A stretch of DNA of 64,000 bases from Acidimicrobiales bacterium. GTDB taxonomy: Bacteria; Actinomycetota; Acidimicrobiia; Acidimicrobiales; Bog-793. The notes under the pieces were generated by a model. It had not been told where the DNA came from. It worked only from the letters and a program-made list of their open reading frames with translations, and did not search any database. The position numbers were made by a program, and so were the translations under genes. The stretch is from NCBI GenBank assembly GCA_050015175.1, contig JBEKBX010000004.1, positions 56,104 to 120,103 on the forward strand, written 5' to 3'. Shown here piece by piece: positions 10,844-20,175 of this stretch (the stretch's first letter is position 1; every line of letters starts with the position of its first letter).

Positions 10844-10883
10844 GCTCCAGCGCTGCGGCCGGGGAGCTGCCGGCCCGTGCGGG

Positions 10884-11666
10884 CTACGCCCCCAAGAAGG
10901 CGGGGCGGCCGAGCAGGTAGCCCTGGCCGGTCTCGACCCCGAGCGTGAGGAGCATGGCGAGCTCCGCCTCGGTCTCGATCCCTTCGGCGAGGCTTATCGC
11001 GCCCGCCCGCTTCGCGAGGCTCGCGTAGGCGCAGGCGACCGCCTGGAGAAGCTCGTCCTCGGCGATCCCGTGGATCACCGTCGTGTCGATCTTCACGATG
11101 TCGGGCCGGACGCCGAGAAGGTGCTGCAGGCTGACGTCCGCGGCGCCGGCGTCGTCCAAGGCGATTCGCACGCCGAGCGAGCGCAGGTGATCGATCACCT
11201 CGACGAAGAGGTGGTAGTTGTCCACGCTGTCGTTCTCGGCGATGTCCAAGACGAGCAGCTCCGGCGGGATCTTCGCGGCGAGCTCACCGAACTGTGTCGA
11301 GGCTGCTGTGGCCGGCGACACGTTGACCGCGAGAAAGGCGCCCTCGGGGAGTTGCGCGAGCTGCTCGATTGCCGTCGTGGCGGCGAGGAGCTCGAGGTCC
11401 TGCAGGAGCCCGAGGTGCGAGGCTTGATCGAACCACTGACGGGGGGTCGCGTGCGCCGGCCGGGGGAACCTGGCCAGTGCTTCGTAGCCGATGACCTCGC
11501 GCGACTGGAGGTTGCAGACGGGCTGGAACGCGACCCGCAGGGAGCGGTCGCTCAGCACTCGCTCAACGTCGAGGGGTGATTCGCTGTGCGCTTGCACCAG
11601 GGTGAGCCTACTTAAGTCGGCAACCAGAGGGGTGTTCCGCTTCGGCTTTCTCTTTGGGCGAACCAC
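10884..11666 (-). CDS. Stand-alone EAL domain protein
   Basis: FQP, EALARF, NVSP, LDDAG, KID, AEGIET, GQGY. GTG start at 11666 is inferred. Confidence 0.88.
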   Translation of the reverse strand: MVRPKRKPKRNTPLVADLSRLTLVQAHSESPLDVERVLSDRSLRVAFQPVCNLQSREVIGYEALARFPRPAHATPRQWFDQASHLGLLQDLELLAATTAIEQLAQLPEGAFLAVNVSPATAASTQFGELAAKIPPELLVLDIAENDSVDNYHLFVEVIDHLRSLGVRIALDDAGAADVSLQHLLGVRPDIVKIDTTVIHGIAEDELLQAVACAYASLAKRAGAISLAEGIETEAELAMLLTLGVETGQGYLLGRPAFLGA

Positions 11667-11700
11667 GGGTGTCGACTCGAACGAATGCCTCCTGCGACTG

Positions 11701-13611
11701 TCAGACGGCGACACAATGGCGTCCCTTCCCGGTCCTCTTGGCCGTGTACATGGCGGCATCGGCAGCCTTCATCAGCTGAGTGGCGGACTGGCCGAACGCG
11801 TCGGTGAACGCGATCCCGACCGACGCACCGATCTCGGCGACGCCGGTCGCGAGAGGGAACGGCTCGGCGAGGCTGGCGACGATCCGGTGCGCGATCACCT
11901 CCACCACCTCCAGCGAGGCCGCCTGCTCGAGCAGGATCGCGAACTCGTCACCGCCGAGCCGCGCGACGGTGTCGGTGGCGCGGACACAGTTGTTGAGCCT
12001 GCCCGCCGCCTGGACGAGGAGCTCGTCCCCGGCGCCGTGGCCGAACGTGTCGTTGATCCTCTTGAACTCGTCGAGGTCGATGTAAAGGAGGAAGACCAGG
12101 TTTCCCGCGCGCGCCGCACGGTGGTAGGCGCCGTCGATGTGGTCGACGAACAGCGCGCGGTTCGCAAGGCCGGTGAGCGGGTCGTGGAAGGCCTTGTGCA
12201 CCAGCTCGTCCTGGGCGCCTTCCAAGAGGGCAAGGTCCTCGTGCAGCCGGCCGTTCTGCAGGGCGAAGGCGAGCTGCTTCGCGAGCGTGCCCAACAGCTG
12301 CAGGTCGGTCTGTTGAAAATCGCCGACGAACTTGTTGCGGTGTGCCACTACGAGATAGCCGAGGGAGGGACCGTTGTCCGCGGCCGGGACCGCCACGCCC
12401 ATCCCCGTCGGCCGGTCATCACCTGCGATGTACCGGGCCAACGGCGTGTCCACGCCGAGGCTCTTGGTGACCAGGATGTTGTCGCCCGCCAGGGTCTCCG
12501 CGAGGCCCGGTGGCAGGGACTCGACGGGGACCGGCTCCATGACCTCGTCGGCCACGCCGTTGACGGTCCTGGTGACGAGCGCCGGGTTGCCCGTGGTGAT
12601 CGGCAGCAGCGTGAGCTCGACGAGCGTCGCGTGGAACATCTTGGCGATGTGGACCAGGAAGTCCACGGCGCCCGTGTGGACGCTCCTGGAGTGGCTCAGG
12701 ATCCGGGTCGCAGCGAAGAGGTTCTCGATGTCGCTGAGCTGCCTTCGCCTGGTTATCTGTGAGCGGTAGGCGGCCACGGTCAGCAGGACCGGGATCGGTA
12801 TGGTCAGGAGCAGGACTGGGGCGGCAACGGTCATGACCAGGACGATCGTTGCGATCACACCGTTGCCTAGTGCGATGACGGCCACCACGGGCGCTGTGGA
12901 GGCGAGGCCCTCGGTGACGATCGTGAAGTCTGCTTCGGACAGGTACATCGCGGCCGATATCTCGATGTTGGAGAGCTCGTTCAGCAGGGCGACCGTCACT
13001 AGGTAGCCGATCACGCTGCGCGTCGAGAAGATCGCACCGGGCTGGATAAGGAAGCGCAGCAGCGCGTAGTACACAGGGGTCGCCAGCAGTTGGGCCCCGA
13101 AGTTGAAGATCACCTGCACGGGCGAGCGCCTCTGCACGGCCTGAACCAACCCGAGGCTGCATGCCATCGCCACTGCGGTCACGAAGGGGCTCGTGCCCAG
13201 GATGGCCACGATCAGGACTGCGTCGTTGAGCGTCAGGACGACATTTGTCTTGCGGATGGGCAGCTCAACGCTCGCCAGCTCAGAGGCTGTGGCGAGGAGG
13301 AAGATCCCCCACCAGGGGATCGCCGGGACAAAGCTGGCGGATATCGGGGCGACGTGGCGAAGCGGCCCGAAGACGACAGCCAGCCCACCGGCGAGGACGA
13401 GAAGGACGTACAGCCAGAGCCAGACGGGTTGACCGAAAGCGTGCGCATGAGAAAGGGCGGGCGGGGCCGCGGCTTCAGCTGGCGCGGGCATTTCGCGACC
13501 ACGTGGGACGAACATGCGAGAAGGCGGACGTATCGGCGATCGGTCGGCGTCGTCCTGCAAGGCAGAGCCACCGACCCCGCATCGCTCCTTGGAGGTACGC
13601 GCCGTGAGCAC
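11701..13611 (-). CDS. Membrane-anchored diguanylate cyclase (multi-TM sensor + GAF-like + GGDEF)
   Basis: N-terminal TM bundle, HDPLTGLANR, IDLDEFKRIND, RATD-x5-GGDEF (intact A-site and RxxD I-site). True start may be 13515 or 13491. Confidence 0.9.
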   Translation of the reverse strand: MLTARTSKERCGVGGSALQDDADRSPIRPPSRMFVPRGREMPAPAEAAAPPALSHAHAFGQPVWLWLYVLLVLAGGLAVVFGPLRHVAPISASFVPAIPWWGIFLLATASELASVELPIRKTNVVLTLNDAVLIVAILGTSPFVTAVAMACSLGLVQAVQRRSPVQVIFNFGAQLLATPVYYALLRFLIQPGAIFSTRSVIGYLVTVALLNELSNIEISAAMYLSEADFTIVTEGLASTAPVVAVIALGNGVIATIVLVMTVAAPVLLLTIPIPVLLTVAAYRSQITRRRQLSDIENLFAATRILSHSRSVHTGAVDFLVHIAKMFHATLVELTLLPITTGNPALVTRTVNGVADEVMEPVPVESLPPGLAETLAGDNILVTKSLGVDTPLARYIAGDDRPTGMGVAVPAADNGPSLGYLVVAHRNKFVGDFQQTDLQLLGTLAKQLAFALQNGRLHEDLALLEGAQDELVHKAFHDPLTGLANRALFVDHIDGAYHRAARAGNLVFLLYIDLDEFKRINDTFGHGAGDELLVQAAGRLNNCVRATDTVARLGGDEFAILLEQAASLEVVEVIAHRIVASLAEPFPLATGVAEIGASVGIAFTDAFGQSATQLMKAADAAMYTAKRTGKGRHCVAV

Positions 13612-13659
13612 TCGACGCAGTCGGGCCGGACCGGACCTGGCGCATTTGTCGACCCGTCT

Positions 13660-13926
13660 TCAGCTGATCCTGGGCGACGACGTCCGTGTGGACTTGGCCG
13701 GCACAACCTCCGGGTCGGGACCGAATTCGGGGCCCGGCCGTGCGGTGCTGCGAACTGGCCTTGCAGGGCCCCCCTCAATGGCTTCGACGAGGAACGTCAC
13801 CTGTTCATCACCCGGACAACCCCCCGTGACGGCGTGATCACACCGAGAGCGCCCGATCGCCTCCGCGCTGTCAGTCCGGAGATCACGAGGCCCGCCCTTC
13901 TCCAAGAAGCCGAAAGGCTCTCGCAC
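13660..13926 (-). CDS. Possible small hypothetical protein (88 aa) upstream of the DGC
   Basis: GAGGAG 8 nt before GTG 13926, just downstream of a sigma28-like promoter. No recognisable domain. Confidence 0.3.
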   Translation of the reverse strand: MREPFGFLEKGGPRDLRTDSAEAIGRSRCDHAVTGGCPGDEQVTFLVEAIEGGPARPVRSTARPGPEFGPDPEVVPAKSTRTSSPRIS

Positions 13927-13978
13927 GGTCCTAACTCCTCGTAGCGCGACCCGGAAACACAGTTCTTCTCATCTTCTG

Positions 13979-14006
13979 TTATCGGACGGGATACAAGCCG
14001 GCTTTA
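13979..14006 (-). promoter_or_regulatory. Sigma28 (FliA/WhiG)-like promoter
   Basis: Minus strand reads TAAA-N16-TCCGATAA, pointing at the GGDEF/EAL genes. Confidence 0.65.
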
Positions 14007-14204
14007 GGCCCCAACTTGCCCGACAGCCAGGTACCCGGCGGGTTGGGGCCGGGCATCGGGACGACGCCGTCACCCTGCGCGAGCACCGAGCTCGGCGGCC
14101 CGGGAGCTGCGGCCTTGCGCCCGGGGTCCTCCGAGGCGCAGAGTTCGTTGTAGGTGCCGGGCCCGCCACAGGGCCCGTCGGCTCCTCATGACAGGAGAAG
14201 CAGC

Positions 14205-14687
14205 GTGCAGCTGGTCGTGGTACCCATCGAGAAGCCCGAGGACCTGAACGTGATAGTGGGCCAGGCGCACTTCATAAAGACCGTCGAGGACCTCCACGAG
14301 GCGCTCGCCGGCACGAGCCCGCACCTGCGTTTCGGGCTCGCCTTCTGCGAAGCGTCCGGCAAGTGCCTCGTCCGCCGTTCGGGCAACGACCCCGAGCTCG
14401 AGGACCTGGCGGTCCGCAACGCCCTCGCACTCGGCGCGGGTCACTGCTTCGTCGTCTTCGTCCGCGAGGGCTACCCGGTCAACGTGCTCAACCAGCTGAA
14501 GCAGGTCCCCGAGGTCTGCAACGTCTACTGCGCCACGGCCAACCGCGTCGAGGTGGTGCTGGCCGAGACGGACCTCGGTCGGGGCGTCCTCGGTGTCGTC
14601 GACGGCTCGGGCCCGCTCGGCGCGGAGACCGACGAGGACATCTCCGAACGCAAGTCGCTGCTGCGCTCCATCGGCTACAAGCTCTGA
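14205..14687 (+). CDS. DUF355 / adenosine-specific kinase family protein (PAE2307-like)
   Basis: NVIVGQAHFIKTVEDLHE, FCEASG, GAGH, YPVNVLN, CATAN, GRGVLGVVDG, IGYKL. AGGAG RBS before GTG 14205. Confidence 0.88.
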   Translation: MQLVVVPIEKPEDLNVIVGQAHFIKTVEDLHEALAGTSPHLRFGLAFCEASGKCLVRRSGNDPELEDLAVRNALALGAGHCFVVFVREGYPVNVLNQLKQVPEVCNVYCATANRVEVVLAETDLGRGVLGVVDGSGPLGAETDEDISERKSLLRSIGYKL

Positions 14688-14709
14688 GCCCGGACCCGAA
14701 GGCGCCGAG

Positions 14710-15207
14710 ATGTCCCATGCACTGATCGTCTTCAGGCACTCGAAGTCCGACTGGTCAGCGGACTACGGCGGTTCGGACCTCGACCGGCCGTTGGCGAAAC
14801 GGGGCCGCAAGGCGGCCCGGGCCGCCGGCCGCTTCCTCGCCGCCACCGAGGTGCCCGAGTCTGTCATCTGCTCGCCGGCGCTGCGTGCGACCGCGACGCT
14901 CGAGCTGGCGAGCGAGGCCAGGGACTGGGAGTGGTCCGTGCGCGAGTCGGTCGCCCTCTACGACGAGGGCGTCGAGGGCCTGCTCGCCGAGGTCCGCCGG
15001 GAGCCGGAGACGACACGGCTCTTGATGGTCGTCGGTCACGAGCCCGCCTGTTCGGAAACGGTCCAATTCCTGATCGGCGGCGGCCTCGTCCGGATGCCGA
15101 CGGCGGCCCTCGCGCGGATCGATCTGTTGGTGGAGGAGTGGGGGGAGGTCAGCGCCGGGACGGGGGTGCTCTCCTGGCTCGTCGTGCCGCGCGTGATCGG
15201 GGCGTAA
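14710..15207 (+). CDS. sixA: SixA-type phosphohistidine phosphatase
   Basis: RHSKSDW, DRPL..RG, CSPALRA, VGHEP, MPTAA: short SixA-like histidine phosphatase. Confidence 0.85.
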   Translation: MSHALIVFRHSKSDWSADYGGSDLDRPLAKRGRKAARAAGRFLAATEVPESVICSPALRATATLELASEARDWEWSVRESVALYDEGVEGLLAEVRREPETTRLLMVVGHEPACSETVQFLIGGGLVRMPTAALARIDLLVEEWGEVSAGTGVLSWLVVPRVIGA

Positions 15208-15212
15208 GGCGC

Positions 15213-16205
15213 GTGACTCACGTCTCCGGCAACGGCGGCACGGCGGGGACGGGTTCTCCCGATCCGAGCCGGATCCCGGTCCTCGACTGCGCCGGCCTCA
15301 CCAAGAGCTTCGGCATGCGCCTCGCCGTCGACGGCGTCGGCTTTCGCATCTTCGAAGGCGAGGTGTACGGCCTCTTGGGACCGAACGGCGCCGGCAAGAC
15401 GACGACCATGAAGATGGTGTGCGGCCTGCTCGAGCCCGACAAGGGGACCATCTCGATCGCCGGCCGGCAGGCGATCGGCAACCTCGAGGTGAAGGCCCTC
15501 ATCGGGTACGTGCCCCAGGACGTGGCCCTTTACCCCGACCTGACCGCTGGCGAGAACCTTGAGTTCCTCGCCAGGTTGTACAAGCTCGGGCGCCGCACGG
15601 TGGCCGCCAGGGTGGACGAGGCCCTCGAGCTGACCGAGCTGACAGACAGACGAAACGACCGCCTCGACTCGTTCTCTGGCGGCATGAAGCGGCGCATGAA
15701 CATCGCGGCCGGCCTGCTCAACCACCCGAGGCTGCTCGTGCTCGACGAGCCGACCGTCGGCGTCGATCCCCAGAGTCGCCACGCCATCTTGGAGCGGGTG
15801 CAGGCGTTCGGGCGCGAAGGCCTCGCCGTTGTGTACACGACGCACTACATGGAGGAGGCCGAGCGCGTCTGCGACCGGGTCGGCATCATCGACCACGGTC
15901 ACCTGATCGCGGAGGGGACGAGGCGTGAGCTGGTGGCACAGCTCGGCGAGCAGGACCGCATCTCGCTCAGCGCGACGGGGGACCTCGAGCGCCTCGCAGA
16001 GGCCTGCCGGGGCGTCAAGGGGGTGAGCAGCGCCGCGACGGCCGAGAGCTCCGTCCACCTCGTCGCCGCCGAGGGGCGCCATCTTTTGCCGGCCATCTTG
16101 GAGGCGGCCGACGCGGCGGGCATCGCCGTGACGAGCGTCGACGTCGTCGAGCCCGACCTGGAGGCGGTGTTCTTGAACCTGACGGGCACCGCCCTCAGGG
16201 AGTGA
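15213..16205 (+). CDS. ABC exporter ATP-binding protein (DrrA/LnrL-like)
   Basis: GPNGAGKT, FSGGMKRR, LDEPTVGVD, TTHYMEEA. Confidence 0.92.
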   Translation: MTHVSGNGGTAGTGSPDPSRIPVLDCAGLTKSFGMRLAVDGVGFRIFEGEVYGLLGPNGAGKTTTMKMVCGLLEPDKGTISIAGRQAIGNLEVKALIGYVPQDVALYPDLTAGENLEFLARLYKLGRRTVAARVDEALELTELTDRRNDRLDSFSGGMKRRMNIAAGLLNHPRLLVLDEPTVGVDPQSRHAILERVQAFGREGLAVVYTTHYMEEAERVCDRVGIIDHGHLIAEGTRRELVAQLGEQDRISLSATGDLERLAEACRGVKGVSSAATAESSVHLVAAEGRHLLPAILEAADAAGIAVTSVDVVEPDLEAVFLNLTGTALRE

Positions 16206-16211
16206 GCCGCC

Positions 16212-17381
16212 ATGCGCACAGCCCTCGCCATCGCCCGCAAGGACCTGCGCCAGCGCATCCGCGACCGGTCGGCGATCGTGGTGGGTGTCATCGCCCCCGT
16301 CGTGATCGCCGGCCTCATGAGCCTGGCGTTCAACGGCGTGAACAACTTCCACTTCACGCTCGGGCTGGTCGAGCTCGATCACGGCCCGGTGGCGGCCCAG
16401 CTGGTGAAGGCGCTCGATGCCCCCCAGCTGCGACAGGTCATCACGGTGCAGGACGTGGCCACGCCGGCGCGCGCCGCCTCGGAGATAAGAAGCGGCGTGC
16501 TGGCCGCGGCACTCGTCATCCCGGTGGGTTTCTCCGCCGCGGTGACCGGTGAGCATCCCGAGCCCCTCACGACGCTCACCTCGAACAACGCCACGATCGC
16601 CGGCGACGTGGCGACCTCGGTCGCGGGTTCGTTCGTGGCCCAGGTGAACGCCGACCGCCTCGCCTTCGCCACCGCCGTGGCCGCGGGCGCACCGAAGGGC
16701 GACGCCTCACGGCTCATAGGCATCGTCGCGAGGCTCCGCATCCCCCTCCAGGCAGTCGAAAGCCCCATCGGCGCCCACGAGCTGAAGGTGATCAGCTACT
16801 ACAGCCCTGGGATGGCGATCTTCTTCCTGCTGTTCACGATCAGCTACACCGCGCGCAGCTTCTTCGTCGACCGCTCCCAGGGAATGATCGAACGCATGCG
16901 GGCGGCCCCGGTCCGCCCCGTCGAGATACTGCTCGGCAAGGCCCTGTCGGTGTTCGTCTACGGCGTCGTCAGCCTCGCGACCATCGGCGTGGTCACCACG
17001 GCCGCCTTCGGTGCCGACTGGGGCGCGCCGCTGCCCGCCGCGCTGTTGGGCCTGGCGCTCGTCTTCTCGGTGATCTGCCTCACGGCCCTCGTCATCGGGA
17101 TCGCCCGGACACAGCGCCAGGCCGAGGGCATCGCCTCGATCATCATCTTCGGTCTCGCTCTGCTCGGGGGTGACTTCTTCTTCATCTCGAGCGCACCTTC
17201 GACCATCAAGCACTTGGCACTTCTCACGCCCAACGGATGGGCGATCCGTGGCTTCACGGATCTCGCGACGATCGGGGGAGGGCTCGGCACCATCGTCGAG
17301 CCGGTCGTGGCCATCCTGGTCATCAGTGCCGTCGTGGGTGCCTTCGCGCTGAGCCTCGCCCGCCGGGCGGTGACGTCGTGA
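16212..17381 (+). CDS. ABC-2 type exporter permease
   Basis: N-terminal TM, large extracellular loop, five C-terminal TMs, TPNGWA motif. Confidence 0.88.
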   Translation: MRTALAIARKDLRQRIRDRSAIVVGVIAPVVIAGLMSLAFNGVNNFHFTLGLVELDHGPVAAQLVKALDAPQLRQVITVQDVATPARAASEIRSGVLAAALVIPVGFSAAVTGEHPEPLTTLTSNNATIAGDVATSVAGSFVAQVNADRLAFATAVAAGAPKGDASRLIGIVARLRIPLQAVESPIGAHELKVISYYSPGMAIFFLLFTISYTARSFFVDRSQGMIERMRAAPVRPVEILLGKALSVFVYGVVSLATIGVVTTAAFGADWGAPLPAALLGLALVFSVICLTALVIGIARTQRQAEGIASIIIFGLALLGGDFFFISSAPSTIKHLALLTPNGWAIRGFTDLATIGGGLGTIVEPVVAILVISAVVGAFALSLARRAVTS

Positions 17382-18544
17382 GGGCGCTCGCCATCGCGAG
17401 GGCCTCGGGGCGCCGCGTGCTGCGAGACCGGGTCTCCTTGTTCTTCCTGATAGTCCTGCCCATCGTCGTCATCGTCATCGTCGGAGCGGTCGCCCAGGGG
17501 TTCAACACCTTCCGCGTGGGGGTCGTGAACCTCGACGGGGCCCAGGCGAGCCGGCAGCTGGTGGCCGAGCTCAGCCACGCCCCCGGGCTGGCGGTCGTCG
17601 CCTACCCCGACCTCGCCTCGCTCGAAAAGGCCGTGGGACGTTCGGAGATCTCAGCCGGGGTCCTGATCCCCCGCGGCTTCGACGCCGGCATGCTCGCCGG
17701 GAGAGCCTTGACGGTCTCGGTCATCGCCGAGCAGGCGAACAACACCCAGGAGGCGGCCGCCACACGGGTCACCTCGGTCGTCGACGACTTCGGCGGGAGG
17801 GTCGAGGCAGCCCGGTTCGCCACCAGGTACGGGGGCAGCTTCGCCAAGAACCTCGGCCGGGCGGGCTCCCTCGAGTCGAGCACGCCCGGCGTCGGGCTGG
17901 ACGCGCAGATGGTCCACACAGCTCAGGGGAGCCTCCCGCCCGGCTACGAGTACAGCGCACCGACCGAGCTCGTGCTGTTCGTCTTCCTGATGGCGGTCGC
18001 CGGCGGAGCGACGATCGTCGAGACGCGGCGACTGGGCATGTTCGACCGCATGTCGGCGGCACCTGTCAGGCCCCGGACCATCATCGCCGGCGAGTCGATC
18101 ACCTACATCCTGATCGCAGCCATGCAGTCCCTCGTCATCGTCGCCATAGGGACTGTCGTGTTCGGCGTGTCGTGGGGGAACCCGTTGGCGGCCGCCGCGC
18201 TGCTCGTCGTGTGGTGCCTCGTCGGCGCCAGTGCCGGGATGGTCGCGGGCACATTCTTCCGGACGCCCGAGCAGGCGAGCGCCATAGGCCCGATCGTCGG
18301 GATCGTGTTCGCGATGCTCGGAGGGTGCATGTGGCCGCTGTCGATCGTGTCGACAGCCATGCGCGAGATCGGTCACGCGACACCGCAGGCGTGGGCGGTC
18401 GACGCCTGGACCAACCTGTTGTCCAACCACGGGGACCTCGCCTCGATCTCGCACGAGATCGGCATCCTCGCCCTCTTCGCGCTGGGCTTCTTCGCCCTGG
18501 CGACGTTCCGGCTGAAGGCCATGCTGGCGACCCGGGGAGCCTGA
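17378..18544 (+). CDS. ABC-2 type exporter permease (second subunit)
   Basis: Same architecture (LGGCMWP, TPQAWA); GTGA overlap with the previous gene. Confidence 0.88.
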   Translation: MRALAIARASGRRVLRDRVSLFFLIVLPIVVIVIVGAVAQGFNTFRVGVVNLDGAQASRQLVAELSHAPGLAVVAYPDLASLEKAVGRSEISAGVLIPRGFDAGMLAGRALTVSVIAEQANNTQEAAATRVTSVVDDFGGRVEAARFATRYGGSFAKNLGRAGSLESSTPGVGLDAQMVHTAQGSLPPGYEYSAPTELVLFVFLMAVAGGATIVETRRLGMFDRMSAAPVRPRTIIAGESITYILIAAMQSLVIVAIGTVVFGVSWGNPLAAAALLVVWCLVGASAGMVAGTFFRTPEQASAIGPIVGIVFAMLGGCMWPLSIVSTAMREIGHATPQAWAVDAWTNLLSNHGDLASISHEIGILALFALGFFALATFRLKAMLATRGA

Positions 18545-18623
18545 CCTTTAGCGGCGCCGCAGCGCGCTCGCGAACGCAAAAGCGGGCAAAGTCGTGTGTT
18601 CGGGGCTCGGCTAAGCTCGCGCC

Positions 18624-19493
18624 GTGCCCCGCGACCAGTTGCTGATCGACGCGTCGCGTCTTCACGCAGAGCTCGGCGAGCCGCAGCTTCGCGTCATCGA
18701 CGCGACGGCGTTCCTGATCCGTGAGGTCCCCGACGGGCCCTACACCGTCGAGAGCGGGCGGGGACGCTACGACGGGGCTCACATCCCGGGAGCGGTCTTC
18801 GCCGACATCCCCGGTGAGCTCTCGGACCCCGCCTCCCCGTTCCGCTTCACCCTGCCCCGGCCGGAGCATTTCGCCCGGGCCATGGGGGCGCTCGGCGTGG
18901 GACCGGGCACACGGGTCGTCGCCTACGCACAGGAGTCCCCGATGTGGGCCTCCCGGCTCTGGTGGCTCCTGCGCTACTTCGGGTTCGACGAGGTGCGGGT
19001 GCTCGACGGCGGCCTCGGGTCGTGGCGCCGGGCGGGATACGAGGTGAGCTCGGACCCACCCGTGACCGAGCCGGCGAGCTTCGCGGCGCGTCCGCGCCCG
19101 GAGCTGTTGGCAACGAAGGACGACGTCTTGAGGGTGGTGGGCGGCGAACCGGCATGTCTCGTGAACGCGCTCACGCCACGGGCCTTCCGGGGCGACGGCC
19201 CGGGCGCCTACAGCAGGCCGGGCCGCATCCCGGGATCGGTGAGCGCACCGGCAGCGGCCCTCTTCGACCCGGACACATGGTGCTTCCGGCCACGAGACGA
19301 GCTCGCCGACGAGCTCGCCTTCCTGCTCGGGGCCGATCCGAGCCTCCCCGTGATCGCCTACTGCGGCGGGGGCATATCGGCCACGGTCGACATCTTCGTG
19401 CTCTCCATGCTCGGCCGCGACGACATCCTCCTGTACGACGGCTCGCTCACGGAGTGGAGCGCGGATCCGGACCTTCCCCTCGAGGTCGGCTGA
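18624..19493 (+). CDS. Tandem-rhodanese sulfurtransferase (SseA-like)
   Basis: HIPGAVF, RLWW, LDGG, GRIPGS, active loop YCGGGISA, YDGSLTEW. TAAGCT -10 lies 6 nt upstream. Confidence 0.9.
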   Translation: MPRDQLLIDASRLHAELGEPQLRVIDATAFLIREVPDGPYTVESGRGRYDGAHIPGAVFADIPGELSDPASPFRFTLPRPEHFARAMGALGVGPGTRVVAYAQESPMWASRLWWLLRYFGFDEVRVLDGGLGSWRRAGYEVSSDPPVTEPASFAARPRPELLATKDDVLRVVGGEPACLVNALTPRAFRGDGPGAYSRPGRIPGSVSAPAAALFDPDTWCFRPRDELADELAFLLGADPSLPVIAYCGGGISATVDIFVLSMLGRDDILLYDGSLTEWSADPDLPLEVG

Positions 19494-19498
19494 GTCCC

Positions 19499-20152
19499 TT
19501 GCCCAAGGCGGTCGTGTTCGACTGCGACGGCGTGCTCGTCGACAGCGAGAAGGCCGTGTTCAAGGGCATCTCGGCCGTCTTCGCCCGCCGGGGCGTCCAC
19601 GGTGTCGTCACCGGCCCGGCTTCGCCCCTCTACGGCGCCTCCGTCGACGAGATGATCTCGGAGCTGGGACGCCGGCTCGGAGAGCCGGTCAGCTCCGACG
19701 AGGTCGCGAGCGAGCTCGACGCGGAGATCCGCGCGGCCGTCGCCGGCGGCGTGCGTGCGACGGACGGGGCGATAGAGCTCCTCGAGGCGATCCGGGGGAC
19801 GCGACCGCTCGCGGTCGCGTCCAACGGCTCTCGCGAGATCGTGGAGGCGACGCTGCTGGCGGCCTCGATCCCGGAGGTCTTCGACGCGGTGGTGGTGCTC
19901 GAGGCACCGCTGCGGCCCAAGCCCGCACCCGACATCTACCTTCGCGCCTGCGAGCTGCTCGGCGTGGCGCCCGAGCGTGCCATCGCCGTCGAGGACTCGG
20001 TCCCCGGTGCTCTCTCCGCGAGCGCCGCCGGCCTGATGGTCGTGGGCCTGGGCTCGACGCCCGGGCTCGGGTCCGTGGCCGACACGCTCGTGCCCAGTCT
20101 TTCCGACCCGCAGCTGTTGGAGCTGCTGGGGCTCGAGACGCTCGAGGTGTAG
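19499..20152 (+). CDS. HAD-IA family phosphatase
   Basis: FDCDGVLVDSE, ASN, KPAPDIY, EDS..G; TTG start inferred. Confidence 0.88.
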   Translation: MPKAVVFDCDGVLVDSEKAVFKGISAVFARRGVHGVVTGPASPLYGASVDEMISELGRRLGEPVSSDEVASELDAEIRAAVAGGVRATDGAIELLEAIRGTRPLAVASNGSREIVEATLLAASIPEVFDAVVVLEAPLRPKPAPDIYLRACELLGVAPERAIAVEDSVPGALSASAAGLMVVGLGSTPGLGSVADTLVPSLSDPQLLELLGLETLEV

Positions 20153-20169
20153 GCGCCGCTTCGCGGCGC
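20153..20169. terminator. GC hairpin between convergent genes
   Basis: GCGCCGC-TTC-GCGGCGC immediately after the HAD stop; no U-tract. Confidence 0.4.
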
Positions 20170-20175
20170 GGGGAG

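Noticed and set aside
10884-11759. Possible frameshifted GGDEF-EAL fusion (pseudogene)
   Set aside because: The GGDEF domain ends complete, and the EAL has its own plausible start and N-terminal motif and resembles the other stand-alone EAL.
15036-16556. Long antisense and alternative-frame ORFs here and elsewhere (e.g. 29503-31425, 37932-39632, 38165-40234)
   Set aside because: Shadow ORFs expected in high-GC DNA; they overlap well-supported genes and carry no recognisable motifs.
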